In this document: piece by piece, positions 21,782 through 34,848 of the stretch | How the letters are laid out: each line of letters starts with the position of its first letter | Numbering within the stretch: the first letter of the stretch is position 1 | Virus record (IMG/VR): IMGVR_UViG_3300030339_000018 | DNA from: a virus | Taxonomy: Duplodnaviria > Heunggongvirae > Uroviricota > Caudoviricetes | Reading direction: 5' to 3' (one strand) | Length of the DNA stretch: 64,000 nucleotides | Made by a program: the position numbers and the translations under genes | Notes under the pieces: model-generated | What the model saw: only the letters and a program-made list of their open reading frames with translations | Database searches by the model: none | Told to the model about the DNA's origin: nothing

Positions 21782-21819
21782 CTACATTTTTAAAAACTAT
21801 ACGAACAAATTTTAAAACT

Positions 21820-22104
21820 TTATAACTTATTGGCTTCTAGATACTTACGAAGGTCAGATGTGTAATATTCCTTTTCTTTAAATCCTTTTCTTTTTCTAGG
21901 TTCTGGTATTACTCCAGAAGATCTAAGTTCATGAAATTTATTAAGAGATAATCCTAAATATTTAGCTGCATCTTCTCTACCCATAGTTTCAGGTTTATGA
22001 ACAATTTCAGTTAATATAATAAGTTCTTCCGGAGTAATATATTTACATTTACCTTTTTTACATAAATCTAAAGCTTCTGTTAAAATGAATTCTAAACCAT
22101 CCAT
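21820..22104 (-). CDS. small helix-turn-helix DNA-binding protein
   Basis: ...GREDAAKYLGLSLNKFHELRSSGVIPEP... HTH-like segment. Confidence 0.3.
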   Translation of the reverse strand: MDGLEFILTEALDLCKKGKCKYITPEELIILTEIVHKPETMGREDAAKYLGLSLNKFHELRSSGVIPEPRKRKGFKEKEYYTSDLRKYLEANKL

Positions 22105-22605
22105 ATTGTGAATAAATTATAAGTGAGGATAATGCAGAAATACTTGCTATTAATAAAATAATCCAAATAGTTTCCATATCTGTAGTAATTCTATGTAAAG
22201 AATTAATCCATGAAAAAATTGCAATTATTAATAAATTAATAATTAAAATTCTATGCCACATACAAAATTTAAATACTTTAGAAAAAAGCAATAATAAAAT
22301 ACAAGTAGAAATTGGACTAGATACTGGATAAGATAATATATTTATTATTACTGGTATATTAAACAATGCAAAAATAAAAGATACTATTATAGCTATTGTA
22401 GAAATAATAGGAAACCATTTTATAAATTTAATGCATAATCCTACTGGTTTCATAATTTTTAAGAATTTTTTTTAGGAATAATAGGTCCGATTGGGGAGGG
22501 TGGATCTGTTTTTGTTTGTGAAATAGTATTAAGATTTTTTTGGGTTTCTTTTTCAATAATTTTTTTCATTCCAATGTAATTTTTAATAATTTATAATTTA
22601 TTTAT

Positions 22606-23163
22606 CTAAGAATTATGAATTTTAACATCCATATCTTTCATTAACTCTTTAACATCATTCCATGAATAAACTTTAAATTCATCATTATCAATACCAACAT
22701 CTTTACGTCTATAAAACATATTTAAATCAGTATAATCTAATCTATGATGATTATGTCCATGTAAATGATAACTTCTTTTTCTATCCATCTCTAACCATTC
22801 TTCAAATGGGTGATGTGATAAAATTAATAATTTTTTATCTATTTCTAATTCAAGTATTAATTGTACTGAACTAAATAGATCTTGTAATTTGATATGACTA
22901 AATCCTTCAAAACGTTTAGTATAATCTTCTAAGATATTTAATTTCTCAAGCAAATATCTTTCATCAGCAGGAATTTTAATTTCCTTGTTTTTCTTTATAT
23001 GTTCATCGTGATTACCAAGGATTAAATGTATATTCTTACAGTTAATTCTCTTCCTAAAATTCCATATATTATCTATTCCATTGAAACTCCAATCACCTAA
23101 GTGATAAAGAGTATCATCTTCCATAACTACTGAGTTTATTGCATGAACAATACCATCGTTCAT
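22606..23163 (-). CDS. calcineurin-like metallophosphoesterase
   Basis: GDWSFNG ... GNHDEH ... HGHNHH metal-binding motifs. Confidence 0.55.
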   Translation of the reverse strand: MNDGIVHAINSVVMEDDTLYHLGDWSFNGIDNIWNFRKRINCKNIHLILGNHDEHIKKNKEIKIPADERYLLEKLNILEDYTKRFEGFSHIKLQDLFSSVQLILELEIDKKLLILSHHPFEEWLEMDRKRSYHLHGHNHHRLDYTDLNMFYRRKDVGIDNDEFKVYSWNDVKELMKDMDVKIHNS

Positions 23164-24329
23164 TGCTTCTATTGATGGAAAATCTCGACATGAGATATCT
23201 GCATCATCCCAAGTAGTTACAGCTTTACATATGTTTATGTGCCCATAATGTGTTTACTACGTGTCCGAGGTAAACCATACATTATGTATAGTACCCTCGG
23301 ACACCTTTTCTTTATTTTTATTCATAATTTAATCTAAATTTTGAGGTAATTGATCAAATAATAATTTAACTTCGTCAACATACTTTTTATAATGTGCTAC
23401 AAATTGTTTAAAACTTGTAAAATGAGTTTGATCTGGGTCATTTACTGCTCTTACATTAGCAATACGAATTAAACAATTTTTTAATTGGATACCATATCCT
23501 ACTAATTTAAATTCAGAACGTTCCGTAGGTTTTCCTTTATTAACAATGTGAATTAGATAAAGATCAAAAAATCTCATATCATTTGGACGACTTGAGATCA
23601 TTTTAAAATCACTTTCTTCAATGACAATTTTACCTTTTGTATCACCTTCTTTTTCTACAACTTCTTCGATGATTTCTTCATCAACTTCTTTTTCTTTCTT
23701 TGCCATTTTATTTTACAATATTATACCATTCGATATTAATAACTAATTGTTTAAATATGTCTTCTATATCATATCTAGTTACTGCATTATCTAATTCATC
23801 ACATAAATATTCATATCCAGAATAATGACCAAATATTTTATTATCAAGTGAATAAAAATTATCCCATTTATAATAAGCTGGCATAATATAATTCCAAGAT
23901 GAATGATATTTAAGATTATTTTCAGAATTTTTAATTACTTCTTTATACCAGATAATTCCTTGCTCTGTTATAGGTGATGTAAAAACCCAATTATTGTCTT
24001 CTTTACTCCAGTCACACATAAATTGTGCAATTAGTTTATTTCCTTTTAAAATTTCTTTTTCAGTCATCATTCATATCCTCCTGTTCTAAAAGTACTACCT
24101 AAAAATAAACCACATTCTGTACAATAAGTTTCTTTAATATACTTTGTTCGATCATAATAACTACCTTCTTCAGTAATTCTTCTTATTTCTGTCTCAGTAT
24201 GTGGACAAACTCTTTGTAATTCAGCATGTGCTAAATTTAAACGTTGACCTTTTTCATAATAAGCTTGTTTAGCTAAATCATATTCTACTTGACAAGTTTT
24301 AAGTATTTCTTTTACGCTATCTATATATG

Positions 24330-25040
24330 TCATTTTGTAATTGTTATATAAAAAGGTTCATATATAGGTTGATAATTTTCATTTTTAATAGATACATTAA
24401 CAACTTTGCCACCATTAAATTCAAATATATTATGATCCCCACTATGGATATGACCACAAACTAACAATTTAAATTTAGTTTTAGCTAATTGTTTTGCTAA
24501 TGGTGGATTTCCTACAGATTCAGGAGTTCCTCTATTCCATCTTGTACTTTCAAGTATTTGATCAACTTTACCAATATTATAAGGAGGATCATGTGAAATA
24601 ATTATATCACATTCTTCTGGAATAGCTAAAAATTTCTTTTCCATATATAAATCTTCTCTCATAAAAGGCCAACTACCAAATATATGACAATAAGGAGTTC
24701 CAAATATTCTAAATTCTTCTCCATCATGTCTATGAATAATATAATTGTTTTCTAAATAAATTAGTTTAAAATCACATTGTTCTTTTAACGCTGCAATATT
24801 TAAAGAATTAATTCCTTCAAAATAAGCATCATGATTTCCAGCTATTAGATATACTTTATCTACAGGTAGAGATTTAATCCAATAAGCAAATTCAGTTTCT
24901 AACCATTTTTTAATTTCTGGTTTATTAAATTGAATATTTAAAGGACTTATATCTCCTGCAATCAGCATTATATCAGCAGATTCAATAATTTCTGGTAAAT
25001 AACCATGAAGATCACTAATTGCTACTATTTTCAATCCCAT
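24330..25040 (-). CDS. calcineurin-like metallophosphoesterase
   Basis: DLHG ... AGDISPL ... GNHD ... GHIHSG motifs. Confidence 0.55.
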   Translation of the reverse strand: MGLKIVAISDLHGYLPEIIESADIMLIAGDISPLNIQFNKPEIKKWLETEFAYWIKSLPVDKVYLIAGNHDAYFEGINSLNIAALKEQCDFKLIYLENNYIIHRHDGEEFRIFGTPYCHIFGSWPFMREDLYMEKKFLAIPEECDIIISHDPPYNIGKVDQILESTRWNRGTPESVGNPPLAKQLAKTKFKLLVCGHIHSGDHNIFEFNGGKVVNVSIKNENYQPIYEPFYITITK

Positions 25041-25822
25041 AATTAGATTGTTTTAACAGATCCGGGACGAGTAGTTGCTTTTTGAGTAGAAGAAGGTAAA
25101 TTATCCCACCAACGTTTAAGACCTTCAAGTCTTGCTAATTTCTTTTTATATTTCATTTTATATAATTAATTTGTTTAACATTTTTATTACTATGTGCTTT
25201 TCTACAACTATCTCCACAATAATGTCTTATATCTCCACTTACTGTAGTAACTTCAATATAAGGTGCTCTTATGACACAGCCACAAAAATTACATGTTTTA
25301 TCCCACATTTTTTGCATATTCTTTAATTTGTTTTAAACTAGTAGATTCACTACGTGTTCCACAATAAATACTTTTATGGTTTATACAATCCCATCCAGCA
25401 TAATAACCAATAATATCTTTGTATAATAAATAATTACGATATTTATTAAAAGATGTTTCAAATTCAGATTTTATTTCTAAAGCTTTTTTTAAATTTACAT
25501 TTTTTACAATAAATATTTCATCATTAACTGTTACATCATATTCCATTTTCTTGTTTCAATAATTCATCAGTAAATTCATATGCAGTTTTTACAGCTTCAA
25601 TAGGTAATAATCCTCCTAAATTTTCAGATGGATCATTATTTGAAAGTGTTTGCCAATATCTACCATGATATGTTAACATTCCTTGTAATAATTGAGTAGC
25701 AATATATAATCTTTTTGAAACCCCATTAAATTTATGAGGAACTCCTTCAGGATGATAAAATGTAGAAAAACCTTTTTTTTCATAATAAAATCCAAATGCA
25801 GGATCTTTACCTAGTTTTTCCA

Positions 25823-26197
25823 TTATTTTAAATATTTAAATACTAAATTAATAAATAATACTAAAAAAGTAGCAATAAATGCTTCAGGATACATTTGAAG
25901 TCCAACTAATGCTCCTAATGCTGCACCACACCAAACTGTTGCTGCTGTTGTTAAACCTATAATCTGATTTCCAGATTTAAAGATAATACCAGCACCAAGA
26001 AAACCAATTCCAGTTACAATTTGACCTATAATCCTAGTAGGATCTGAATTAATAAAATGAATTGACATACAAGTAAAGAGTGTAGAACCAAGGCAAATTA
26101 ATGACATGGTTCTAACTCCTACTGCTTTATGATGTTGTTGTCTTTCCAACCCTATTAATAGACCTAGAAAAACAGATATTATCATTGGTACAATCAT
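25823..26197 (-). CDS. MgtC/SapB-family small membrane protein
   Basis: Hydrophobic 124 aa protein with GIGFLGAGIIF motif. Confidence 0.4.
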   Translation of the reverse strand: MIVPMIISVFLGLLIGLERQQHHKAVGVRTMSLICLGSTLFTCMSIHFINSDPTRIIGQIVTGIGFLGAGIIFKSGNQIIGLTTAATVWCGAALGALVGLQMYPEAFIATFLVLFINLVFKYLK

Positions 26198-26736
26198 TAC
26201 TTTTTATAGTTTACAATTGTAACATCGCAATTTTGTAATTCTTCTTGAATTATTTCTTTGATAATGTCCCAATTACCACCAGCCAAACCACAACCAATTT
26301 TAGGGAGACCAATATGCTTACCTGCAAAAATATAATTCATTTTACGCATACATAAAGTTATTGCTTCATAATCAACAGGAGCTCCACCAGAAGTCCCATA
26401 TCGACATTGTGTATAAGCATTAACAACAGAAAAAGTTTTTAAATCAGTCCATTGTTTGAATTGATTTCTTACTTTACTATGCGAAAATAATTTAGTTTCA
26501 CCTAAATCATGTTTAGATAAAGTAAATGTATCATAATCAATTTGACCAAGTTTATTTACATCACCTTTGTACTCCATATCTTCTAAAGGAAATGTATTAC
26601 ACTCAAAAGTATTTTTCATTTCCACAGCAATACCAGCACCCATTATACAATAACAATTGCAGCCATGAGCGATTACATCAAACTCACCTTGTAAGGCAAG
26701 TTTGATTAAATCACCATCTATTTCTTTATATGTCAT
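26197..26736 (-). CDS. macro domain protein (ADP-ribose binding/processing)
   Basis: DVIAHGCNCYCIMGAGIA glycine-rich macro-domain core. Confidence 0.45.
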   Translation of the reverse strand: MTYKEIDGDLIKLALQGEFDVIAHGCNCYCIMGAGIAVEMKNTFECNTFPLEDMEYKGDVNKLGQIDYDTFTLSKHDLGETKLFSHSKVRNQFKQWTDLKTFSVVNAYTQCRYGTSGGAPVDYEAITLCMRKMNYIFAGKHIGLPKIGCGLAGGNWDIIKEIIQEELQNCDVTIVNYKK

Positions 26737-28160
26737 TATTTTTTATTTAAAGCAATTTGTAAATATTCATCAGCAATTTTACGTATTTCAGTAAATTTTT
26801 GATCATTAAATAATTCTCCATTTTTATAAACTACTTGTAATTCATCTATATAAGGATTATTTTCACCAAATTGTTCAGTAGAACTTTGAATTGTCATAAA
26901 TCCATTACCAGCTTTATGTAATTTTAATAATCCTGCTTTACTTGCTTTAGTCATATCTGATTTTGGAGTTTTTTGTACATTAATAGATTTACCTTCAATT
27001 TCAACATGTGAAACCTTTACAGCCCACCTATCAGTATCTCTACATAAACCATCTGTATGTAATCCACCACCAGAACCAGTATTAAAATTTTCACAAGACC
27101 AACCTGTTTTAATATATTCTTCATAAATTTTAGGTATACTTTTTTCATTCATTCCATCACCTTGAAGTAAACCGACATTATGATTAATCACTTTGTAGTC
27201 TTTATGATTTAAATGATACCCAAAAAGATTACCTAATTGTTCAGAATATTTAATTACATTAGTTAAAGGATCATTACTATCAGGACGAGGTATAACTCTA
27301 CCAGGTCTATCAATAATTTTCTGTTTAACTTCTGGGTCACCGAGTACATTTTTAATAAAACCATCAGCATCATAACTATCCATTACAATACTAATTGGTA
27401 AATGTGGTTCAGCACGTTCTAACTGTGCTAACACATAATCAATTTCACCACGACCTTGACCCCATACAGTTGCTACTGAATGTTCAGTTGCCCACACAGA
27501 TTGACCAATATTATTATCAGTATAGTATTCTTCAATACCTTCCATTGCTGGAAGATTATCACTACCATTAGAGAATATTAACATAGCCATTCCACCTAAT
27601 ACTGCTCCCTCACGATAAACAGCACCACGTAATCCAAAATCATTCACTGCAAATGCTAAATCTGGCTTATCACAAGTCATATTAAAATAAGGAAGAATCC
27701 CTTTTTTAATATTGAATAAACGAGTTGCTACACCAGACGATTGCCAATTCCACATTAAATAATCTTCAAAATGACTAACCATACAAGCAAACCAAGGTTC
27801 AGTTGATACAATAGTGAAACAAACATTACCTGTTGGAAGAACTGTGCCTTCTTTAACACATTTAATTTCCAATGGGAAATAACCTAATTTTTTAACTTTT
27901 TCCCAAATTTCTTTAGGAAAGTATTTATCAGTACCAAAGACACGTTTGCATCTTGCAGCACCTCTTTCAATATTTTCCTGTGTTACTTTCTGCATGAAAT
28001 ATTCTTTAAGAATATATTGCATCCCAAAGAAACAAATTTCTGCATGTTGTCCACCCTTACGAGCTTCACCATATGAATAAAAATGATTAATTCCAGCTGG
28101 ACGTTGTAACCAATGAGTTATTTTATAAGCATCAGTATCTATTACACTATTTTTCCACAT
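26736..28160 (-). CDS. nicotinamide phosphoribosyltransferase (NAMPT/NadV-like)
   Basis: 474 aa, with the NAMPT size and composition typical of phage NadV; adjacent to an NMNAT-Nudix gene. Confidence 0.6.
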   Translation of the reverse strand: MWKNSVIDTDAYKITHWLQRPAGINHFYSYGEARKGGQHAEICFFGMQYILKEYFMQKVTQENIERGAARCKRVFGTDKYFPKEIWEKVKKLGYFPLEIKCVKEGTVLPTGNVCFTIVSTEPWFACMVSHFEDYLMWNWQSSGVATRLFNIKKGILPYFNMTCDKPDLAFAVNDFGLRGAVYREGAVLGGMAMLIFSNGSDNLPAMEGIEEYYTDNNIGQSVWATEHSVATVWGQGRGEIDYVLAQLERAEPHLPISIVMDSYDADGFIKNVLGDPEVKQKIIDRPGRVIPRPDSNDPLTNVIKYSEQLGNLFGYHLNHKDYKVINHNVGLLQGDGMNEKSIPKIYEEYIKTGWSCENFNTGSGGGLHTDGLCRDTDRWAVKVSHVEIEGKSINVQKTPKSDMTKASKAGLLKLHKAGNGFMTIQSSTEQFGENNPYIDELQVVYKNGELFNDQKFTEIRKIADEYLQIALNKK

Positions 28161-28974
28161 ATCTCTTATTTATTTTTTTAAATATTTATTTATTTTCTTC
28201 TACAAATTCTCCAATAATATATTCTGTACGAATTTTACCTACTACTTCGGCTTCACATGAACCACGAGGACAGCATTTAAATTCTTGGCATCTAGGACAC
28301 CAAATTAAATCCGTTTCTTTTGTTGGTATATCAGGTATTACCATTGTTTATTAATTAAATATTCATAAATTTCTCTCCAATCAGTTTCTGGATCGAATCC
28401 AGCTTTATCATCCAAAAGGACACTAAAGTAAAACTTTCTATTAAAATTACCAGTATTAGTATTATGAATATCAGTATTTTTATTAAAGAAATCAACAGTT
28501 ATATTATTTTCTTTAAACATTTGTCTAATACGCATTAATTCAGATGGGTAGCACGAACTCCATAAAATAATTTTAGATTCAGGTAATGAACTAATTAATT
28601 GTAAGCATTCTAAAGCATCATTATTAATCCATTCATTTTGATTAGTAGTATAATTACTTTTTAAACATACACCATGAAGATCAATACACCAATAAATAGT
28701 CTCCCAATTGCGCTCATCCATTACTGAATAAGCACGTTCGATTGATTTGATTATTGACATACTATTAAATTTTAGTACAAGAACAAGTTGCTTTGTTCAA
28801 AGCATAAGAACTAGTTCTAAATCTATCTTCTGGATCTGGGATTGCTTTTAAAGAAAAATCAGTTGTATTTACATGGTATCCTTTAGATTTCAAATGATAT
28901 GCAATTATTTCTTTAATATCTGCAACACTTAAATTAATAGTTACTATTTCGCTAATTTCCATATTAGATATTTT

Positions 28975-29868
28975 TCATTTTAATAAAAATTTAAAAAGTT
29001 TTTTATGTTCTCCGACCAAAATATTTTCTACCTCTGGAGTCATTTTAACCCATTTTAAGGCAGCTATATCATCTTGAGGTTGTGGAGATCCAAACAAAGA
29101 TTTACACTTGTAAAAATGAGTCATAATAGAACGATCTGTCATACCTCTATATCTCCAATCTTGTATCTTCATTGAAGTTACAAATTCAAAGTTGGATAAT
29201 TCAAGTCCTGTTTCTTCTCTTCCTTCACGTTTTGCTGCAGCTTCGTCTGATTCATCTTTAATGTCAACGAATCCACCTACAAACCTCCACTCTTTTTCAT
29301 TAGGTTTTTGACCTAATAATAATTCACCTGCTTCATTAAAAATCGCTACATCTACAGTTGAGTAAACTGTTGGATATTGATTATAAACTGAATAAATTAT
29401 ACCTGCTCTAAATTCAGAGGAAGATTTAACCTTTTTAGATATATCAACACGAATATCAGTTGCAGAGATAAAAGTATCAGGAGTTAATTCCTGAGTCTTA
29501 AATTTACCTTCATAAAAAGGAATAAATGAATCTTTACTTCCGTAAAGAGTTACTGATTCCATATTAAAGATATCTCTAATTTTTTCATCAAGTTTATTAC
29601 TCCAAACTGCATTAGACTTTTGGTCTCTCAAAGGGAATATACCAGCAATACGTAAATCATTCCCAAATGCCTCTTTTAACATCAAACTACGAGTTAAAAA
29701 ATCCATTGGATGTTTCATATTACCTATTGTAGGACTAACGCCTAGAAAGATAATAACTTTATCATGTTTGCTAAGTACGAAGTTAATCAATTTAATATGT
29801 TCACTATGTAGCTCATTAGTTTGAAATCTTCCAATTATAACTCCTACATCTGTTGTTTTAATATCCAT
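28975..29868 (-). CDS. bifunctional NMN adenylyltransferase / Nudix hydrolase (NadM-Nudix-like); ends at a TGA that is in frame with the next ORF (28765..28962)
   Basis: N-terminal GVIIGRFQTNELHSEH nucleotidyltransferase motif; C-terminal Nudix box GGFVDIKDESDEAAAKREGREETGLE. Confidence 0.6.
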   Translation of the reverse strand: MDIKTTDVGVIIGRFQTNELHSEHIKLINFVLSKHDKVIIFLGVSPTIGNMKHPMDFLTRSLMLKEAFGNDLRIAGIFPLRDQKSNAVWSNKLDEKIRDIFNMESVTLYGSKDSFIPFYEGKFKTQELTPDTFISATDIRVDISKKVKSSSEFRAGIIYSVYNQYPTVYSTVDVAIFNEAGELLLGQKPNEKEWRFVGGFVDIKDESDEAAAKREGREETGLELSNFEFVTSMKIQDWRYRGMTDRSIMTHFYKCKSLFGSPQPQDDIAALKWVKMTPEVENILVGEHKKLFKFLLK

Positions 29869-30993
29869 ATTTAACTATTTTATTATTAATTATTGCATCC
29901 CAATATGTTTCATAATACCAATAATGATCACAAAATTGTGTATCCCCATAATATTTATATATATGATATATATAAAAATAAGTATTTTTAGGATAATCTT
30001 TTTGAAACCAAACTATAAAATTAAACATAAAATATAATATATTATATATATGTTTAAATATAAAAAATATACTCCAAATAATAAATCTAATTATGTATCC
30101 CATATCTTATTATTAATTTTAATGTACTTATTAATGCATATTCCAATGCTAATTCATAATCATCATACATTGGTGATGTTCCAGTAGAAATTTTTACTTG
30201 ACCTATGAAATGTATTTTATATGCATATAATTCATCAACTGAATTACCATGAACTTCAACACTTAAACCATAAGTATCTCTTAACCATTGTTGTAATTCT
30301 GTCATCCAGAATAACCACCTTAATGGTTCTTTAGAATGATGTACCCATTCTTTATAAAAATATCCTATAAATTCAAAAGGTTTATTTTTAGCTAAAGATA
30401 TTAGTTCTTGATTCATAATTATTCTGTAATAAGTACATATTCTTGAACTATCTTTATAATATTATTCATAAATCCAATTTCACGATATAATTCATAAGTT
30501 AATTCATAATTATATTTATCAATTGAATTTACATCAGATAACATATTATCTCTAAGTTTATTTAGATATTCTAATTCTTCTTCCATTTTAAATAATTTAT
30601 AATGTTTAAAATACTAAAGGAAATATACATTATAAGCATAGGAAATGAGAAAGTTAATAATGAAAACATTAATAAACCTGCAATACATCCTATTATACCT
30701 AATATAAATCCAAATTTTTTCTTACAACCTATTAAGTAATAAGAATATAAATTGAGTAGCATAACTATCCAATCTAATCCATAAAATGTAGTCATAACTA
30801 TTTATCAAAACGAGTATACATAAACCAGAAAGATAAAAATATAATAATTATTTTCCAAATGGAAAGAGTATTCATAAATATTACAAATTCTGGTACTAAC
30901 AATTGTAAGATTACACATCCAATTATTATCCTAAGGAATCCTATTAAACTTTTCAGCATATTATTTAAAATCAAAAGTAAAACCTGTTTTAAT

Positions 30994-31425
30994 TTATTCT
31001 GGAACTTGACTAACAGGTTGTATATCAATTTCACATCCTTCTAAATGACTACTAAATACTGCCCATGTATCACAAAGACTATTTCCTACATTTCCTTCAT
31101 GACCTTTAACATGAACAAAACGAATATTGGGTGTTACTAATTTAAACATAATTGGCCAAAGATCAATATTTTTTTTCATTTTCCAATTTTTAGTCATAGT
31201 ACCTATAACATACATTGAATCTGTGAAAATAGTTATATTTTCAGTTATATTATTATCACGAATATATTCCATAGCTTTAATACAGCCATAAATTTCCATA
31301 CGATTATTAGTAGTACTTACTAATCCATCATATTTAAGAACACGAGGTTCTATATCAATATAAAATGCCCATCCACCTTGATCTCTCGAAGATGAATAAG
31401 CACCATCTGAATATATATTAATCAT
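30994..31425 (-). CDS. ribonuclease H
   Basis: IYSDGAYSSSRDQGGWAFYI N-terminal RNase H motif; 143 aa. Confidence 0.6.
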   Translation of the reverse strand: MINIYSDGAYSSSRDQGGWAFYIDIEPRVLKYDGLVSTTNNRMEIYGCIKAMEYIRDNNITENITIFTDSMYVIGTMTKNWKMKKNIDLWPIMFKLVTPNIRFVHVKGHEGNVGNSLCDTWAVFSSHLEGCEIDIQPVSQVPE

Positions 31426-31963
31426 GTCTCAAACTATTCCAAATTTCTGAACAATACATAATTTGATTTTTACAATCATCAATAGGATTGTGAGGAACTC
31501 CAATAAAAACATGATTCTCTTTTACTTCTGGTTTAAAACTAACTAAAGTTCTAACATCACGTTCAAGAGTATATTTCCAAGGAATTTCTTTATAACCTGC
31601 AACATAATAAGCTTGGGCTAGAATACCTAAATCAAATCTATTACTATTACCCCATACTTTAAGATTAGCAGGATTTAAATTTGCAATAAAATCTCTAAAG
31701 TTATGTAAAACTTCTGTAAGATTTTTAGGATCTTTAAAAAGTTCTTGTTGAGCTTCTTTCGATTGTCCAAACCACCATTCTAATGTTCCTCCTTGTATAA
31801 ATAATCCCCTATCTAGACAAGATTGAATATCTATTTTTTCATAGAATTCATCTCCGGTTTCTCCGGTTTTAAGATCAAATAATACAGCTGCAACACTAGT
31901 TACAACACATCCAGCTTTATTACCTAATGTTTCAAGGTCTATCATTAAATTTGTTTTAGCCAT
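31418..31963 (-). CDS. DEDD-type 3'-5' exonuclease
   Basis: MIDLETLGN Exo I motif, later H..D motifs. Confidence 0.5.
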   Translation of the reverse strand: MAKTNLMIDLETLGNKAGCVVTSVAAVLFDLKTGETGDEFYEKIDIQSCLDRGLFIQGGTLEWWFGQSKEAQQELFKDPKNLTEVLHNFRDFIANLNPANLKVWGNSNRFDLGILAQAYYVAGYKEIPWKYTLERDVRTLVSFKPEVKENHVFIGVPHNPIDDCKNQIMYCSEIWNSLRHD

Positions 31964-34761
31964 TTACTTTTTTATAAAGTTGTGATACTTCTTTACCATT
32001 GTAAAGTTCTGGATATTTTACTTTAAAGTAGTTCATGCAATCTTTCATTTCATTAAATTTATGAAGTATTAAGATAGCTTCAATTTCAATAGAAGTTAAT
32101 TGTTTAGGGATAAACATCTCAAGAATTTCATTTTCACCTTCTACATGACATTCAATATTACTTTGAATTAATTTCTTAATTATCGCAATACATTCATCAT
32201 CTGTAATAGAGGTTATTCGTTTAGGAGCTTTTTCAACTCTCTCAAATTCTCCCAGGACAACTCCCAGGAGAACTCGTGCTTCTTTATAAGTATTACGATA
32301 CTCAATAACTTGATCTTTTACCATAATGATATAGTATAGTTAGGATTAGATTGCATAATTACAAATAATCTACCTTGAGATCGTTTTGATAAACATCCAG
32401 TTAATAATTTGAAGAATTTATCTTTTTGATCCAATTTATAAACTTTTACATAAGAATTTTTCTCTTTAACTACTTCTCCTAAACATTCTTTCAATTGTCT
32501 ACCAAAATTGCCTACACCATATCCACAATAGTTGATATAGATTGCACTTTCTGAAGTTAAGTTAATTTCTCCTGTTTCATTGTATATTTGTATCTGCATA
32601 ATTATTCAGCAAAGAAATCAGGTTGAAAATATTTCAATGAACGTTCATTCATTTTCAGTAAAAGATCACCTAAACTGAATGGAACTGCTTTGAGATAGAA
32701 ATCTTCTAGTGTATCTTCATCAACACAAGCAACTAAATCAGCACGTAATAAAGCTAATTCTAATGCTTTTTCTTTGTTGAATTTATCTTTCTTGTCACAC
32801 AATGCCCAACCCATTACACTTGGACCAGTAGCAACTACTACACCTATTGCAGTTTTAACTTCATTAATTTTAGCAACTGGACCTAATTTAGTATAATCAA
32901 TAAAAGGAACGAGTTTTGTTTTATACAAATACTCAATAAGAATTTTTTTGTTTTCACACATAATTTTTATTTTTTAATTGTTGTTATAATTATTTAATGT
33001 ATTTACAACCCATTCTCCAAATGTATCTTGAATTAATCCAGGATCATCTGTTTTAATGTATTGTAATCTACCCCATCCTTTTACAAGGATAATTTTTCTG
33101 TCACCATAAAATATTTCACCATCTTTAATAGAAAATAAAAGATTTTTAAAATTAAATTCTAAACCTTTTTCTCCATTTAAGATTTGTATAAGTACTGTTT
33201 TAGATTTTTCATCTACACGGCCAATCCACATCAAACACATATTACTTTCACTATCATAGATATATGGATCCCAATCTTTAAATGGTAGTTTATAATATTT
33301 ACTTAAAAATTCATTCATTAGTCAATTTTTTGATAATAGTTTAATAATTCTATACGTTTAGTATCAAATTCTTCTTTAGTGATAAGTTTGAAATTATCAT
33401 TTTTACTAGTTAGAATATCTAATCCTTTATTTCTTAAACCTTTATAATCTAAAAAATAATCATCTTTACAATCACTTGTTGGATGAAAATCAGTATAATC
33501 TTGTTTATTTTGCCTAACCTGAATTAAATCATAAGTATGTCCACCAGGATATCTAGGAATAAATGCAAATAGAATTAATCCTTCTGCAAAAAAACATCCA
33601 TCATCTGTATATGCATAATATGCAGCTTCATCTGGAAGATCAACTTCTTTTTCAATTGTATTTACTGTTGTTGTTATTTTATTAACAGCTATTTTTATGA
33701 TTTCTTTCATAACTATTCAACGTTTTCTCTTAATGATAATAAGTCTTTAATTAAAGTTACATAAGCACTTCTTTTTGAAAGCTCTTCTTTATTTTTGGAA
33801 TAATCAATAGATTTAATATCCCACATATATTCACCACAACATTCACAAATACAATTATAATTAAATAATTTGAATTTTCTTCTTTCAACTTTATATAAAG
33901 CTAATAAACGTGGTGTAGGTAATTTTTCTAATTCTTCTTTTGATTTAGGTTCTAATATTTTCATATAACTTGATTAATTGTATCTAAAATAGATTGTTTA
34001 TCAATTACTGAAAAGTCTGTAACATCTCCACTATACATTTTAGACTTAGCATTTTCAGCAGCTAATTTAAGAAGTTGTTTTCCAAAATCTATATAAGATT
34101 CTCTTAAATGTGATTTAAATAAATTAATCATATTATCACCATCATCATCTATATAATCATGGACAGCTATATCTTTAATTATTTCTTCTATATTTATTGT
34201 TTTCTCCATTTATTCAAATTGAAATCCAATTTCTTTTAATTTATTATATACTTTACTACCACCATAATAATAAACATAAGCATTAAATACAATTTGATTA
34301 TCTATTTCAGTTTCAATTGGTTCACCATAGTGTTCTAAATCTGATGTTATTATAACATCTTCATTATGTAATAATCGTTTACATAAACGTATTTCTTTTT
34401 TCTTTTCAATTTTAGTAAATATTTCAAATACTAAATCACCTTCCAATGTTAAATGTTTCATATTATTTCTCCTTTATCAATTTCTATTTGTCTGTCATAT
34501 CTAATTAAACTCTTTAAAATAAGATTTTTTACATCTTTCTTTCCAAGATTAGAGTTTTCTATATTACCGAGAACTTCAAATACAAAATTTGATTTTACAG
34601 ATGTAACTAATTTTCCAAATAATAAAAATTGTTTCTTTATTCGTTCAATTGTATCATCATAAAACTTAGTTGTAGTAAAACAATATTCATCAGTACATAT
34701 TTCATATTGGAATTTTCTTCCATCAATAACAATATCTTTCATATTTTATATTTTAAATTAG

Positions 34762-34796
34762 ACGAAAAAAAGCCACCTCAATTAAGAAGTGGCTCT
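34762..34796 (-). terminator. rho-independent (bidirectional) terminator hairpin at the low-coordinate end of the tRNA island
   Basis: Hairpin agccacCTCAATTAAGAAgtggct flanked by an A6 run on plus (T6 on minus) and a T-rich tail on plus. Confidence 0.5.
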
Positions 34797-34848
34797 TTAT
34801 ATTTTTATTGTACCCGGGCCGAGAATCAAACTCGGATTTGAACGTTAG

